Assembly (NCBI GenBank): GCA_963667465.2
Contig: CAXXDN010000002.1
Location: 896,001 to 960,000 of the forward strand
Reading direction: 5' to 3'
DNA length: 64,000 bases
Source: Dehalococcoidia bacterium
Lineage (GTDB): Bacteria; Chloroflexota; Dehalococcoidia; UBA2979
A model generated the notes under the pieces. It had not been told where the DNA came from. It did no database searches and saw only the letters and a program-made list of their open reading frames with translations. Shown in pieces: positions 16,531 through 25,191 of this stretch. Both the position numbers and the translations under genes were made by a program. The first letter of the stretch is position 1, and every line of letters starts with the position of its first letter.

Positions 16531-18137
16531 GTGGCCTCCCTGTCCTGCGCCGTCCGCGGCTTCGCCTGGGCGACGTCCTCGATCACCCGGCTCTCTACGA
16601 GACTGCCCCAGCCGGGGAAGATCGCGGTGATCTTTCCGGCCTCGCTGCCTGCCACGACGATGTGCAGGCGCTGGGGGGAGTCGAACTTCGGGATCAGCTC
16701 GTCCAGCTGCGCCTCCGCCGGGCCGTTCGGGCCGAACTCCTCGAGGGGCCGTCCGACGCCGCTGCGCTCGTCCGCGATCAGCTCGCGCAGCGGCCGGTGC
16801 GTCAGCTCCCAGAGCCGCTCGGCCAGTCGCTGTTTCGTCCAGCCGTCGCGCCACAGCGTATCAACATGCTCCGGCGTGACCACCAGCAGCGTGTCGCGGC
16901 CCCCGGCCTTCGGATGCATCATCGCCTGCAGCGACATCGCGAGGCTGCCCGCGAGCGGCTCCGCGCTGCGCGAGGTCTGGTCCATGCTGATCAGCGGTCC
17001 GGGCACGGCGGGGAACAGCGTGACGACGCTCTGCTCGGCGGCGTAGCCGCGATCGACGTGGAGCGGCGTCCAGGGGCTGCGTTCCTCCCACTCGGCGAAC
17101 GTGAACGTGAACTTCGCGGGCGACCCCAGCGTCGAGCGCTCCGTCTCGCCCGGCTTCGCGCCGCCGACGTTGCGGAGCACCAGGCGCAGCGCGCGCCCGA
17201 TCGTCGCGTTCGCCCGGTTGCCCTGCCCGAGCGCCCCAAGGCCGGAGTTCATCCCGATGCGGTCGCGGATCGGGCCGTTCACGATCATCGCGGGCGAAGC
17301 GCCCATCGTCGTCGCCCACACGCCGTGCGCGTTGAAGGTGTCCGTACAGGCCGCCTCGAGGCTTGCGATCACGATGGGCAGGTACTCGGGGCGGCAGCCG
17401 GCGAGGACGGCGTTGATCGCGACCTTCTCGACGGTCGCGGGCGCCATGTTCGGCGGCACGACTGCCACCACCTCCTGCGCGTCGCGGCGCGTGCCGCCGA
17501 GCATGCGAAGCACGCGCTCCGGCGTCGGCGCGACCACTGGCAGGCCATCGCTGAAACCCTGGTCGAACATGAACTCGTCGGGATCGTCCGCCGAGCCGAC
17601 CTCGATCCGCCTCGCGAGCAGCGGGCTGCCCTCGGCGAGCGCGGTCAGGCGTTCGGCGATGCCCGGCTCGACGTTGCGCGCGCCGCAGCCCGGCTCGCTC
17701 TCCGGGTAGTCGCCCCACTCGACGGCGGGAGCCGCCGCGCCGCTGAGCTCGGCGAGCTGCGCGTACAGCGAGCGCCAGTCGTCGCGGCCGAAGCCGACGA
17801 AGCGCCCGAGCTCCTCGCCGTCCGCGCCGGCGAGCAGCACCGTCGGCACCGTATCGAGGTCGTAGCGGAACGAGACACCGAGCTCGGAGTCGTCGAGCAG
17901 CGGCAGGGTCAGGCCGTAGCGCTCGACAAGCGCCGCGTTGCCCGCGGCCTCCTGCCCGACCGCCCAGACATCGACGCTCTCGCCGAAGGCGCGGTGCGCG
18001 CCCTCGATCAGCGGCATCGAGGTGCGGCAGGTGGGGCAGTCCTCCTTGACGAAGGCGAGCAGCACCGGGCGGCCGCTCGGGAAGCTCCGCTCCCCGGCGG
18101 ATTGGTCGTGCAGCGAGAAGGCCGGTAGGGACGCCAT
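16527..18137 (-). CDS. AhpC/TSA/TlpA-type redoxin fused to an uncharacterised 'DGLPV' domain
   Basis: Start MASLPAF; FVKEDCPTC (CxxC), YDLDTVPT, linker PGCGA, then GFSDGLPVVAPT, NAVLAGCRP, NRANATIGRALRL, EERSPW; its stop overlaps the UGSC start (ATGA). Confidence 0.88.
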   Translation of the reverse strand: MASLPAFSLHDQSAGERSFPSGRPVLLAFVKEDCPTCRTSMPLIEGAHRAFGESVDVWAVGQEAAGNAALVERYGLTLPLLDDSELGVSFRYDLDTVPTVLLAGADGEELGRFVGFGRDDWRSLYAQLAELSGAAAPAVEWGDYPESEPGCGARNVEPGIAERLTALAEGSPLLARRIEVGSADDPDEFMFDQGFSDGLPVVAPTPERVLRMLGGTRRDAQEVVAVVPPNMAPATVEKVAINAVLAGCRPEYLPIVIASLEAACTDTFNAHGVWATTMGASPAMIVNGPIRDRIGMNSGLGALGQGNRANATIGRALRLVLRNVGGAKPGETERSTLGSPAKFTFTFAEWEERSPWTPLHVDRGYAAEQSVVTLFPAVPGPLISMDQTSRSAEPLAGSLAMSLQAMMHPKAGGRDTLLVVTPEHVDTLWRDGWTKQRLAERLWELTHRPLRELIADERSGVGRPLEEFGPNGPAEAQLDELIPKFDSPQRLHIVVAGSEAGKITAIFPGWGSLVESRVIEDVAQAKPRTAQDREAT

Positions 18138-18252
18138 CGCGCCCCATTCTAGCGGCTGCGCACCCTGGCGAGGGCGCGACGTGTCGGCTGCCGCGGGGTG
18201 TGCGACCATGGCTATGGCGGCGGGGGGAGAAGCACCGGAGGATACAGGCCCC

Positions 18253-19911
18253 GTGCACACGCGTCGCCGTCTCCCCAGGCGGCACTTCCTGACCGCCTTC
18301 GCCGGAACCGCCGCAGCACTCGCGCTTGCGCCGTCACGCGTCCTCGCCCGGAGCGCAGCCACGCCGCCAATTCGGGAGCTGCTGCCGCCCGCGGCCAGCA
18401 TCGTCAACAACCCCGCACTCGACGGCGAGTTGAGGCACTTCGCGTGGGTCTGGAGCCTCGACTCAGACGGCAGCCCGGAAGAGATCCGCGAGCTCCTCGC
18501 CGCGCACGACCTCGGCGTCGTCGTCAAGACCCACGACGGCGCCGACTGGATGTCCGATTTCGATACTTCCCCGGACGCGGTGAGCGGGCCCGAGCAGGTC
18601 TCGAAGCTGGCCGCGTTCTTCGAGGACGGCGGCGTGCCGTTCCATGCCTGGTACAACACTCACGGCCTCGACCCGAGAGCGGAGGCGGAGATGGCCGCCG
18701 ACGTTCTCAGCGCCGGGGCGCGCAGCCTGTTCATCGACCTGGAGGCGCACAGCGGGTTCTGGGAGGGCACGCCGCGCGCTGCGCTTCAGATCGGCGAGCT
18801 GCTGCGCGCCCGCCATCCCGACGCGTGGCTGTCGCTCTCGATCGATCCCCGGCCCTGGGAGATCGGGCGCATCCCGCTGGCCGAGTTCTCCAGCTTCGCC
18901 AACGAGATCGCCCCGCAGGTCTACTGGGGCCAGTTCCGTGACCCGGCCAACCTTGCGCGCTTCAGAGACGAGGGCTACGACCCGGGCAGTGTCGAGGGCA
19001 TCACGCCGGGCTTTATCCTCGGCGCCGCGATGCCGCAGTTGCGCGAGTTCGGGCTCCCGATCCATCCGATCGGCGACGGCACCGCCGGCAGCAACGACGG
19101 CTGGCCGGACTTCCTCGACGAGTCGTTCGCGCTGCTCGCGGAATCGGTCTCCGTCTGGCGCGTCGGCGTGGTCGCGCCGGGTGTCCTGCACCGGCTACGC
19201 GACACGCCGCCGCGGCGGGGGAGCTACGTCGTGCGGCCCGGCGACGCGCTGAGCGTCCTCGCGGACGGCTGGGGCATCGACCTGCGCGAGTTGATGGCGG
19301 CGAACGGTATCACGGACGCGAACCGCATCCAGATCGGCCAACGGCTCTCGGTGCTGCTCCCCTCGAGCCGGGGCGCGCACATCGCCGCGTGGCGATCGGG
19401 GGGAGGCAGCCACACGATCGCGCCGGGCGACACGCTTTCCCGTCTCGCGGAACGCTGGGGCACGACAGTCGGGGAGATTGCCCGCCTCAACGGCATCGCG
19501 GACCCGAGCCACGTCTGGGTCGGTCAGGAGATCGTGATCCCCGGCGGCGGCAGCCCGGCGGCCGCTACGCCTGTCCCGACGCGTCCCGACAGCTACACGA
19601 TCGCGCCGGGCGACACGCTTGCGGAGCTCGCGGAGCGCTGGGGCGTCAGCGTCGAGAAGATCGTCCGTCTCAACGGCATCACGGACCCGGACCAGATCTG
19701 GGTCGGCCTGCAGATCGCTGTCCCCGCCGACGGCGATGCGGCTGCTACACTGCCCGCCGCCCCGCCACCCGTCAGCTACACGATCGCGCCGGGCGACAAC
19801 CTCTGGAGCCTCGCCCGGCTCTGGGACACCACCGTCGAGGAGATCCTGCGGGTCAACCAGATCATCGATGGCGACTCAATCCGTGTCGGCGAGACGCTGA
19901 CCATCCCGTAG
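18253..19911 (+). CDS. Tat-exported glycoside hydrolase-like (GH25-like DxE) protein with four LysM domains
   Basis: PRRHFLTAFAGTAAALALA Tat signal; VVVKTHDG...HAWY...FIDLEAH; four repeats of (Y/H)xxxPGDxL...W...N.I...I..G..L/I; start may instead be 18208. Confidence 0.85.
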   Translation: MHTRRRLPRRHFLTAFAGTAAALALAPSRVLARSAATPPIRELLPPAASIVNNPALDGELRHFAWVWSLDSDGSPEEIRELLAAHDLGVVVKTHDGADWMSDFDTSPDAVSGPEQVSKLAAFFEDGGVPFHAWYNTHGLDPRAEAEMAADVLSAGARSLFIDLEAHSGFWEGTPRAALQIGELLRARHPDAWLSLSIDPRPWEIGRIPLAEFSSFANEIAPQVYWGQFRDPANLARFRDEGYDPGSVEGITPGFILGAAMPQLREFGLPIHPIGDGTAGSNDGWPDFLDESFALLAESVSVWRVGVVAPGVLHRLRDTPPRRGSYVVRPGDALSVLADGWGIDLRELMAANGITDANRIQIGQRLSVLLPSSRGAHIAAWRSGGGSHTIAPGDTLSRLAERWGTTVGEIARLNGIADPSHVWVGQEIVIPGGGSPAAATPVPTRPDSYTIAPGDTLAELAERWGVSVEKIVRLNGITDPDQIWVGLQIAVPADGDAAATLPAAPPPVSYTIAPGDNLWSLARLWDTTVEEILRVNQIIDGDSIRVGETLTIP

Positions 19912-20137
19912 GATCGCCGCATGGACTTCGGCACCCTCCGGGAACACAGCGGTGAAGACTGGATCGCCGCCGCGCCGATTGCGGCCGGCATCTTCGTCGG
20001 CCTGCTGGGTATCGGCCCGCAACCCGGTCACCGCGAGGCTCTCTCGCGCAGGGTGGAGCGGCAGGGTGGAGCGGGTGTGCCCCTCCCAATCAGGCTATCG
20101 TCGCCGGGGTCGTTTGCCTAGACTGGATCGTCGCCGC

Positions 20138-20211
20138 TGCCGGGTGGTGTAACGGTAGCACAGGGGACTTTGGATCCCTTGATGGAGGTTCGATTCCTCC
20201 CCCGGCAGCCA
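20138..20211 (+). tRNA. tRNA-Gln(TTG)
   Basis: TGCCGGG/CCCGGCA acceptor stem, GGGGA-CTTTGGA-TCCCT anticodon arm, GGTTCGA T-loop, CCA. Confidence 0.95.
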
Positions 20212-20362
20212 TAACTGACTGTACTGCGAACTGCCTCCGGCAACTCGACCTCCGCAGCATCCCGCCCGCCGCGTGGGCTGTTCGGCGGCACCATCCTCGG
20301 GCGGCTCTCCCGGGTTCTATACTCGATTGACTCGATCGCCCTCCACGACCGTGGGGTGAGCC

Positions 20363-20696
20363 ATGACAACCAGCGAGCCCGGTAGCGAGCACAGCGGCGC
20401 GAACGTCCTCGTGGGACCGCTCGCCGGCCTCGAGGGTGGCGGGCCCCGCGTCGTCTCGGCCGCTGGACGCACGATCGTCGTCTTCGTCGTGGACGGCGAG
20501 GCGTACGCACTCGATAACCGCTGCCCGCATCTGGGCTTCCCGCTCAGCCAGGGCACCATCCGGCGGGCATATGCTGATTGGCGCGGCCCGCTTCCTGACT
20601 GCGCACTCGCCCACGGCGCGCGCCGCCGAGCAGACGTACGGCACCGCCTCCCGCCTGCACCGTGGTGAGCTGATCTACGAAGAGCCGCTGCCGTAG
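20363..20696 (+). pseudogene. Internally deleted Rieske (2Fe-2S) domain protein
   Basis: Only the first Rieske half is present (YALDNRCPHLGFPLSQGTI); the second CxxH is missing; another frame then gives a C-terminus LIGAARFLTAHSPTARAAEQTYGTASRLHRGELIYEE*. Confidence 0.7.
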
Positions 20697-20776
20697 CCGG
20701 CGACTCCCGCCGATTCGGCCGCTCACCAGGTGTCGACGGCGGACGGGTCGCGCGGCGCGGGCGCTATCCTCCCGCC

Positions 20777-22123
20777 ATGAGTCGCGAGCCGACCGCGCCC
20801 GTGGACGAAGACGAGCCGCGCTCGAGGGCACTACCCGCCACGAGGCCGCGCCGCGTCTTCTGGGGCTGGTACATCGTTGCCGGCGCGGTCGTCGCGCAGT
20901 TCGCGGCGATGGGCGCCGGTGGCGCCATCGCGGGAGTCTTCCTCCGCCCGATGACCGAGGATCTCGGCTGGACCGCAGCCGAGTACGCCTTCGGCGGTTC
21001 AGCCGCCTTTCTGCTCGCCGGCATCGCCGGCTTCGTGATCGGGCCGTTCATCGATCGCTGCGGCGCTCGGCCGTTGATGCTCGTCGGCGCCTGTGTCTAT
21101 GCGGTCGCGCTCTTCGCCATGTCACGCGTCGAGGAGCTGTGGCAGTTCATCGCGCTCTCGATGATCGTGGGCGGCGCCGGCTTCTCGATGGTCGGGCCGC
21201 TGGTCGTCAATGCGACGCTCTCGAAGTGGTTCGTCGTGCGGCGCGGCTGGGCAATCGCGCTCGGCTCGTCGGGCATCTCCCTCTCGGGGCTGATCATGCC
21301 GCTGACGATGACGTACATCGTCGACTCGGCCGGGTGGCGCGAGGCCTACGCGATCCTCGCGATGGTCATCTTCGTGATCGTCGTACCGGTGGCGTTCGTG
21401 ATGCGCCGCCGCCCGGAGGACTATGGGCTGCTGCCGGACGGCCTCGAGCCCGGCTCGAATGCAGGCGTCGACCGCAGCGCAGCCGAGGCGCAGGAGCGCG
21501 ACGCCGCGAACTCCTACACGCGCGGCGAGGCGCTCCGCACGCCCGCGATCTGGCTGTTGATCGCCGGCTACGGCCTGAACACCATGGCGCTCACGGCGGT
21601 GCTGGTGCACGCCATTCCATTCATGACAGATAACGGCTTCACGCGCACCGAGGCGGCACTGGCGATTGCGGTGAACGGCGGCGCGAACCTCAGCTCGAAG
21701 TTCGTGTGGGGCTACTTCCTGCAGCGAGTGCATGTCCGCAACCTCGGGGCGACGGCGCTGTCGATCTCGGCGACGGGCGTGGTGACCATGCTCGTCGCGG
21801 CGCAGTTGGGCGCGCTGCCACTGATGTTTCTCGGGTTCTTCTTCTGGGGTTTCGGATTCGGCGGGACGGTGCCGCTCAGCGAGTTCATCTGGGCGAAGTA
21901 CTTCGGTCGCGTCCACATCGGGGCGGTGCGAGGCGTCGCGGCGCCGTTCACGATTGCCTTCGGTGCGCTGGGGCCGGTCCTCGGAGGGCTCTACTTCGAC
22001 GCGCTCGGATCGTACGAGGGCGTCTTCGCGGCGTTCGTCGTCGCCTACCTCAGCGGCGCCGTCGCGATCCTCGCCTCACGCGAGCCAGCGCCGAAGCGGG
22101 CGCCGCTCGAGGCCTCCGGCTAG
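20777..22123 (+). CDS. MFS transporter
   Basis: VFWGWYIV, GPFIDRCGAR (motif A), KWFVVRRGWAI, PEDYGLLPDG, YFGRVHIG; about 12 TM segments. Confidence 0.93.
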   Translation: MSREPTAPVDEDEPRSRALPATRPRRVFWGWYIVAGAVVAQFAAMGAGGAIAGVFLRPMTEDLGWTAAEYAFGGSAAFLLAGIAGFVIGPFIDRCGARPLMLVGACVYAVALFAMSRVEELWQFIALSMIVGGAGFSMVGPLVVNATLSKWFVVRRGWAIALGSSGISLSGLIMPLTMTYIVDSAGWREAYAILAMVIFVIVVPVAFVMRRRPEDYGLLPDGLEPGSNAGVDRSAAEAQERDAANSYTRGEALRTPAIWLLIAGYGLNTMALTAVLVHAIPFMTDNGFTRTEAALAIAVNGGANLSSKFVWGYFLQRVHVRNLGATALSISATGVVTMLVAAQLGALPLMFLGFFFWGFGFGGTVPLSEFIWAKYFGRVHIGAVRGVAAPFTIAFGALGPVLGGLYFDALGSYEGVFAAFVVAYLSGAVAILASREPAPKRAPLEASG

Positions 22124-22269
22124 CCGCGCAGCGAGGCAGCTGTGGCCCTCTGGACATCCTGGGGGCGGAGTGAACACGGTAGAGATCCAGGATACGAGGG
22201 CCACCCGCTCGTCGCACCCGCAACAGGCGCGCGCGGCTGTATGTGCCGGACCTCCGCGGGTATATAGAG

Positions 22270-22854
22270 CACGTTCGTCGCCATGAGGAAGTTGACGAAC
22301 ATCGGCTTCAGGATCTTGTAGCGGAAGTCGCCCGAAAACCCACCGAGATTCAAAACCGTTCCCATGCTGACATAGTTGAACGGGTTGAGGGCATTCAGCA
22401 ATTTCGACTGCGATCGAGTGAGAGCGCCAAACCAGTGGAGGCGCCTCAGGAGTCGTTGGAACTTCGCAATCTCGGATTGCAGTTCTTCCCTGATTTCAGA
22501 GTCGAAATCGTGGGCATAGATGCGGCCACGGCATTTCACACTGTAGCTGAACCTGGTGTCGATCAGTTCGATACCGAACGCTTCCATCAGCAAGACGATG
22601 TGGTGATAGACGGACGGGATACAGGCGGACGGGATACAGGCGGTGACGGAAATGTCGAAGGGGATCGAACTGCCGTCAACTTGCGGCATGTCGGCAGTGA
22701 TCGCGTTCCCGCCAACCTGGTCCCGGGCCTCGAACAGCCGGAAGTCGAAGCGGTCTGGTTACTGGTGCAGCACCCAGGCTGCGCCGAGGCCGGAACTCCC
22801 CCCGCCGGCAATGGCAATTTACCGCGCCGCTGTCCCCGTCTCGCCGGTTGCCAT
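22270..22854 (-). pseudogene. Truncated FAD/NAD(P)-binding oxidoreductase pseudogene
   Basis: ATG 22854: MATGETGTAAR*IAIAGGGSSGLGAAWVLHQ*PDRFDFRLFEARDQVGGNA; two in-frame TAA (22819-21, 22759-61), a 15-bp duplication (22611-22640, ACIPS-ACIPS), apparent truncation near FLMATNV. Confidence 0.8.
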
Positions 22855-23025
22855 CGCCCGCCGTCCCGCCAGCGCCGTCCCGCCATCGTCAATCGCCGCG
22901 CGCATGCAGGATACGAGAGTGCCTCGTTCATCGCACGGTCCGGCAGGCACCCGCAGCGAGGTCACCTTGCGGGGCGGAGACCACCTGACCTAGACTAATT
23001 TGAGGGCGGACGGCAAGGAAGCCTG

Positions 23026-25053
23026 ATGACTCTCTCCACGAGCCCGGTCGCGACGAATACTCTCACGCTGCCCGAAGAACTCGTGCTCATGCTGCTCAAC
23101 GAAGAGAGCGGCTACTTTCACCAGGTACCCGGCTGGAGTTTGAACTGCGCCGTCGCCGGTGCTGCGCTTGCCGAACTGTCACTGATTTCTCGTATTGATA
23201 CGGACATGGAGTCCCTGATCATTCTGGATGATACGGAGACGGGTGATCCCGTCCTGGACCTGGTCCTGGAGCAAATCGCAGCCGAGCCGGCCCAGCGGAA
23301 CGCCCAATACTGGGTGGAGCGACTTGCGCCCCGCGCGGAAGCGATCATTGATATGGCGCTCGAGCGGCTGGTTGACCTGAAGATCCTGGAACATCACGAC
23401 GGCGACTTCTGGACGCTGGCCCACACTGCATGGCAGACGGCGATGTTCAGCAGTGACGGAGACGGAACTGCCGCTGAGTTCGTCAGGACTCGTATCAACA
23501 AGGTCATCTTCAGCAACGAGATTCCCGCGCCCCGGGACATCATCATTGTCGCCCTTATTGATACGTGCGATGTATTCCGCTTCATGTTCCACCTTGAGGA
23601 GGAATCAGAGGAGCGTATCGAGCTCATCTGCAGGATGGATTTGATTGCCCGCGCCATCGCGGAAGCGGTCACTCAGAACATCAACGTTCCGCTACTGGGA
23701 CGCGCCGGGCTGACCAAGACGATACCGACTGTCCCGCTGCGCAAGTTCGTGCTCCATCGGCATCTCCGCGATGGCAACCTGCCTGCGCTGTTTGCGGATC
23801 TCGCGGAGCAATACGGCCCGGTGTACAAGCTCAATCCGCCGTTCCAGCAGCCGATGATCATTCTGGCGGGGCCCGAAACGAACTACTGGGTGCACCGCCA
23901 GGGGCGCATGTACCTGAGGGCCCGGGACTATCTCCAGGACTTCGAGAAGATCTACGGCGCATCCGGGATCCTGCCCGCGCTGGATGGCGCCGATCACTTC
24001 CGGTTCCGCAAGTCGCTGGCGTCGGGCTATTCGCGCGCGAGACTTGAAGGGCAACTGGAGGATCTCCACAACCACACCCGGTCACACATGGCGACCTGGG
24101 AGGTTGGAGACACCATCCCCGCAGTGACGATGTGCCGACAGTTGATCAACGCCCAGATCTCGCCCCTGATGATCAGCGTCGATTCGCAGGATGTCCTGGA
24201 CGATCTGGTCAAGTACAAGACACGTGCCCTGTCCACGCATGTTTTGGGTGTCATGCCCAAGTTCATGCTCAAGACCCCGGGAATGCGGCGCCGAGCGAGG
24301 AGCATCCAGGTGCTGCTGGAGCGCGTCCAGAGCGTCCACACGGCCGCCCAACGGGCGGGCTGCCCTCGCGATCTCGCGGACGACCTGCTCAGCCTGCACT
24401 CGAGCGACCCGTCGTTCCTCCCGGAGTCGAACCTGCGCTTCGCCCTCTCGGCGCCGCTGATTGCCAGCGTTTACCTCGGCGATGGGCTGAGCTTCGCGCT
24501 CTACTCGATGGCGTCGCAGCCCGAGCTCTACGCCAGGATCAGGGAGGAAGCCGACGCCCTGTTCGATGGCGGCGATCCGGGACGCGAGGACTTCACCGAA
24601 GAGTCGGTGGATGTCACGCGCCGCTTCATCATGGAGTCCATGCGGATGCACTCGATCGTTCCGATGTCCGTCCGGAACATGATGAACACGTGCGTGGTCG
24701 AGGGCTACGAGATTCCCGAGGGGGCGCGAATCTTCATCGCACAGACAGCGTCGCACTACATGAGCGACGTCTTCCCGGAGCCGTGGTCATTCGACATCGA
24801 CCGCTATCTGCCCGATCGCAACGAGCACCTCAGTCCGGGCTACGCTCCGTTCGGGCTGGGTACGCACACGTGCCTCGGGAACAGGTGGATGGAGTTGCAG
24901 CTGGCCGTCAACCTGCTGCTGCTGGCCCACCACTTCACGATCGAGGTGTCACCCGCGAACTACAAGCTCAAGATCGACCCGTTCCCGTCGCTCTCGGTGA
25001 GCAAGAAGCTGAAGTTCCACATCGCCGAGCAGCGGCGCGAGTTCCCCGCCTGA
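23026..25053 (+). CDS. GOLPH3/GPP34-domain - cytochrome P450 fusion
   Basis: N-terminal LTLPEELVLMLLNEESG...AGAALAEL...GDPVLD...ERLVDLKIL (GPP34 pattern); C-terminal P450 motifs ESMR (ExxR), FPEPWSFDIDRY, PFGLGTHTCLG. Confidence 0.9.
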   Translation: MTLSTSPVATNTLTLPEELVLMLLNEESGYFHQVPGWSLNCAVAGAALAELSLISRIDTDMESLIILDDTETGDPVLDLVLEQIAAEPAQRNAQYWVERLAPRAEAIIDMALERLVDLKILEHHDGDFWTLAHTAWQTAMFSSDGDGTAAEFVRTRINKVIFSNEIPAPRDIIIVALIDTCDVFRFMFHLEEESEERIELICRMDLIARAIAEAVTQNINVPLLGRAGLTKTIPTVPLRKFVLHRHLRDGNLPALFADLAEQYGPVYKLNPPFQQPMIILAGPETNYWVHRQGRMYLRARDYLQDFEKIYGASGILPALDGADHFRFRKSLASGYSRARLEGQLEDLHNHTRSHMATWEVGDTIPAVTMCRQLINAQISPLMISVDSQDVLDDLVKYKTRALSTHVLGVMPKFMLKTPGMRRRARSIQVLLERVQSVHTAAQRAGCPRDLADDLLSLHSSDPSFLPESNLRFALSAPLIASVYLGDGLSFALYSMASQPELYARIREEADALFDGGDPGREDFTEESVDVTRRFIMESMRMHSIVPMSVRNMMNTCVVEGYEIPEGARIFIAQTASHYMSDVFPEPWSFDIDRYLPDRNEHLSPGYAPFGLGTHTCLGNRWMELQLAVNLLLLAHHFTIEVSPANYKLKIDPFPSLSVSKKLKFHIAEQRREFPA

Positions 25054-25095
25054 CCCGCGTGACCCGCCTGACCCGCCTGAACCGTCTGAACCGCC
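25045..25095 (+). repeat. 9-bp tandem repeat (about x5) built from the last codons and stop of the P450 gene
   Basis: cccgcctga cccgcgtga cccgcctga cccgcctga accgtctga accgcc. Confidence 0.88.
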
Positions 25096-25191
25096 GGAGC
25101 CATTGAGGCCGCCTGATGGGCCTCCTCGCGTTCGACCGCGCGAGACGATGATGGGCGCGGCCGCCGGCCCGCACGCCCCGGGCGATCGCGC

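Noticed and set aside
19400-19911. Repeated 'cacgatcgcgccgggcgaca' segments
   Set aside because: These are the coding repeats of the LysM domains
19921-20121. 66-aa ORF between the LysM gene and tRNA-Gln
   Set aside because: No RBS or recognisable motif, and it runs into the tRNA promoter region; cannot be supported
20138-20211. tRNA-anchored genomic island or prophage at any of the six tRNAs
   Set aside because: No integrase gene, and no duplicated tRNA 3' end found by eye within the window
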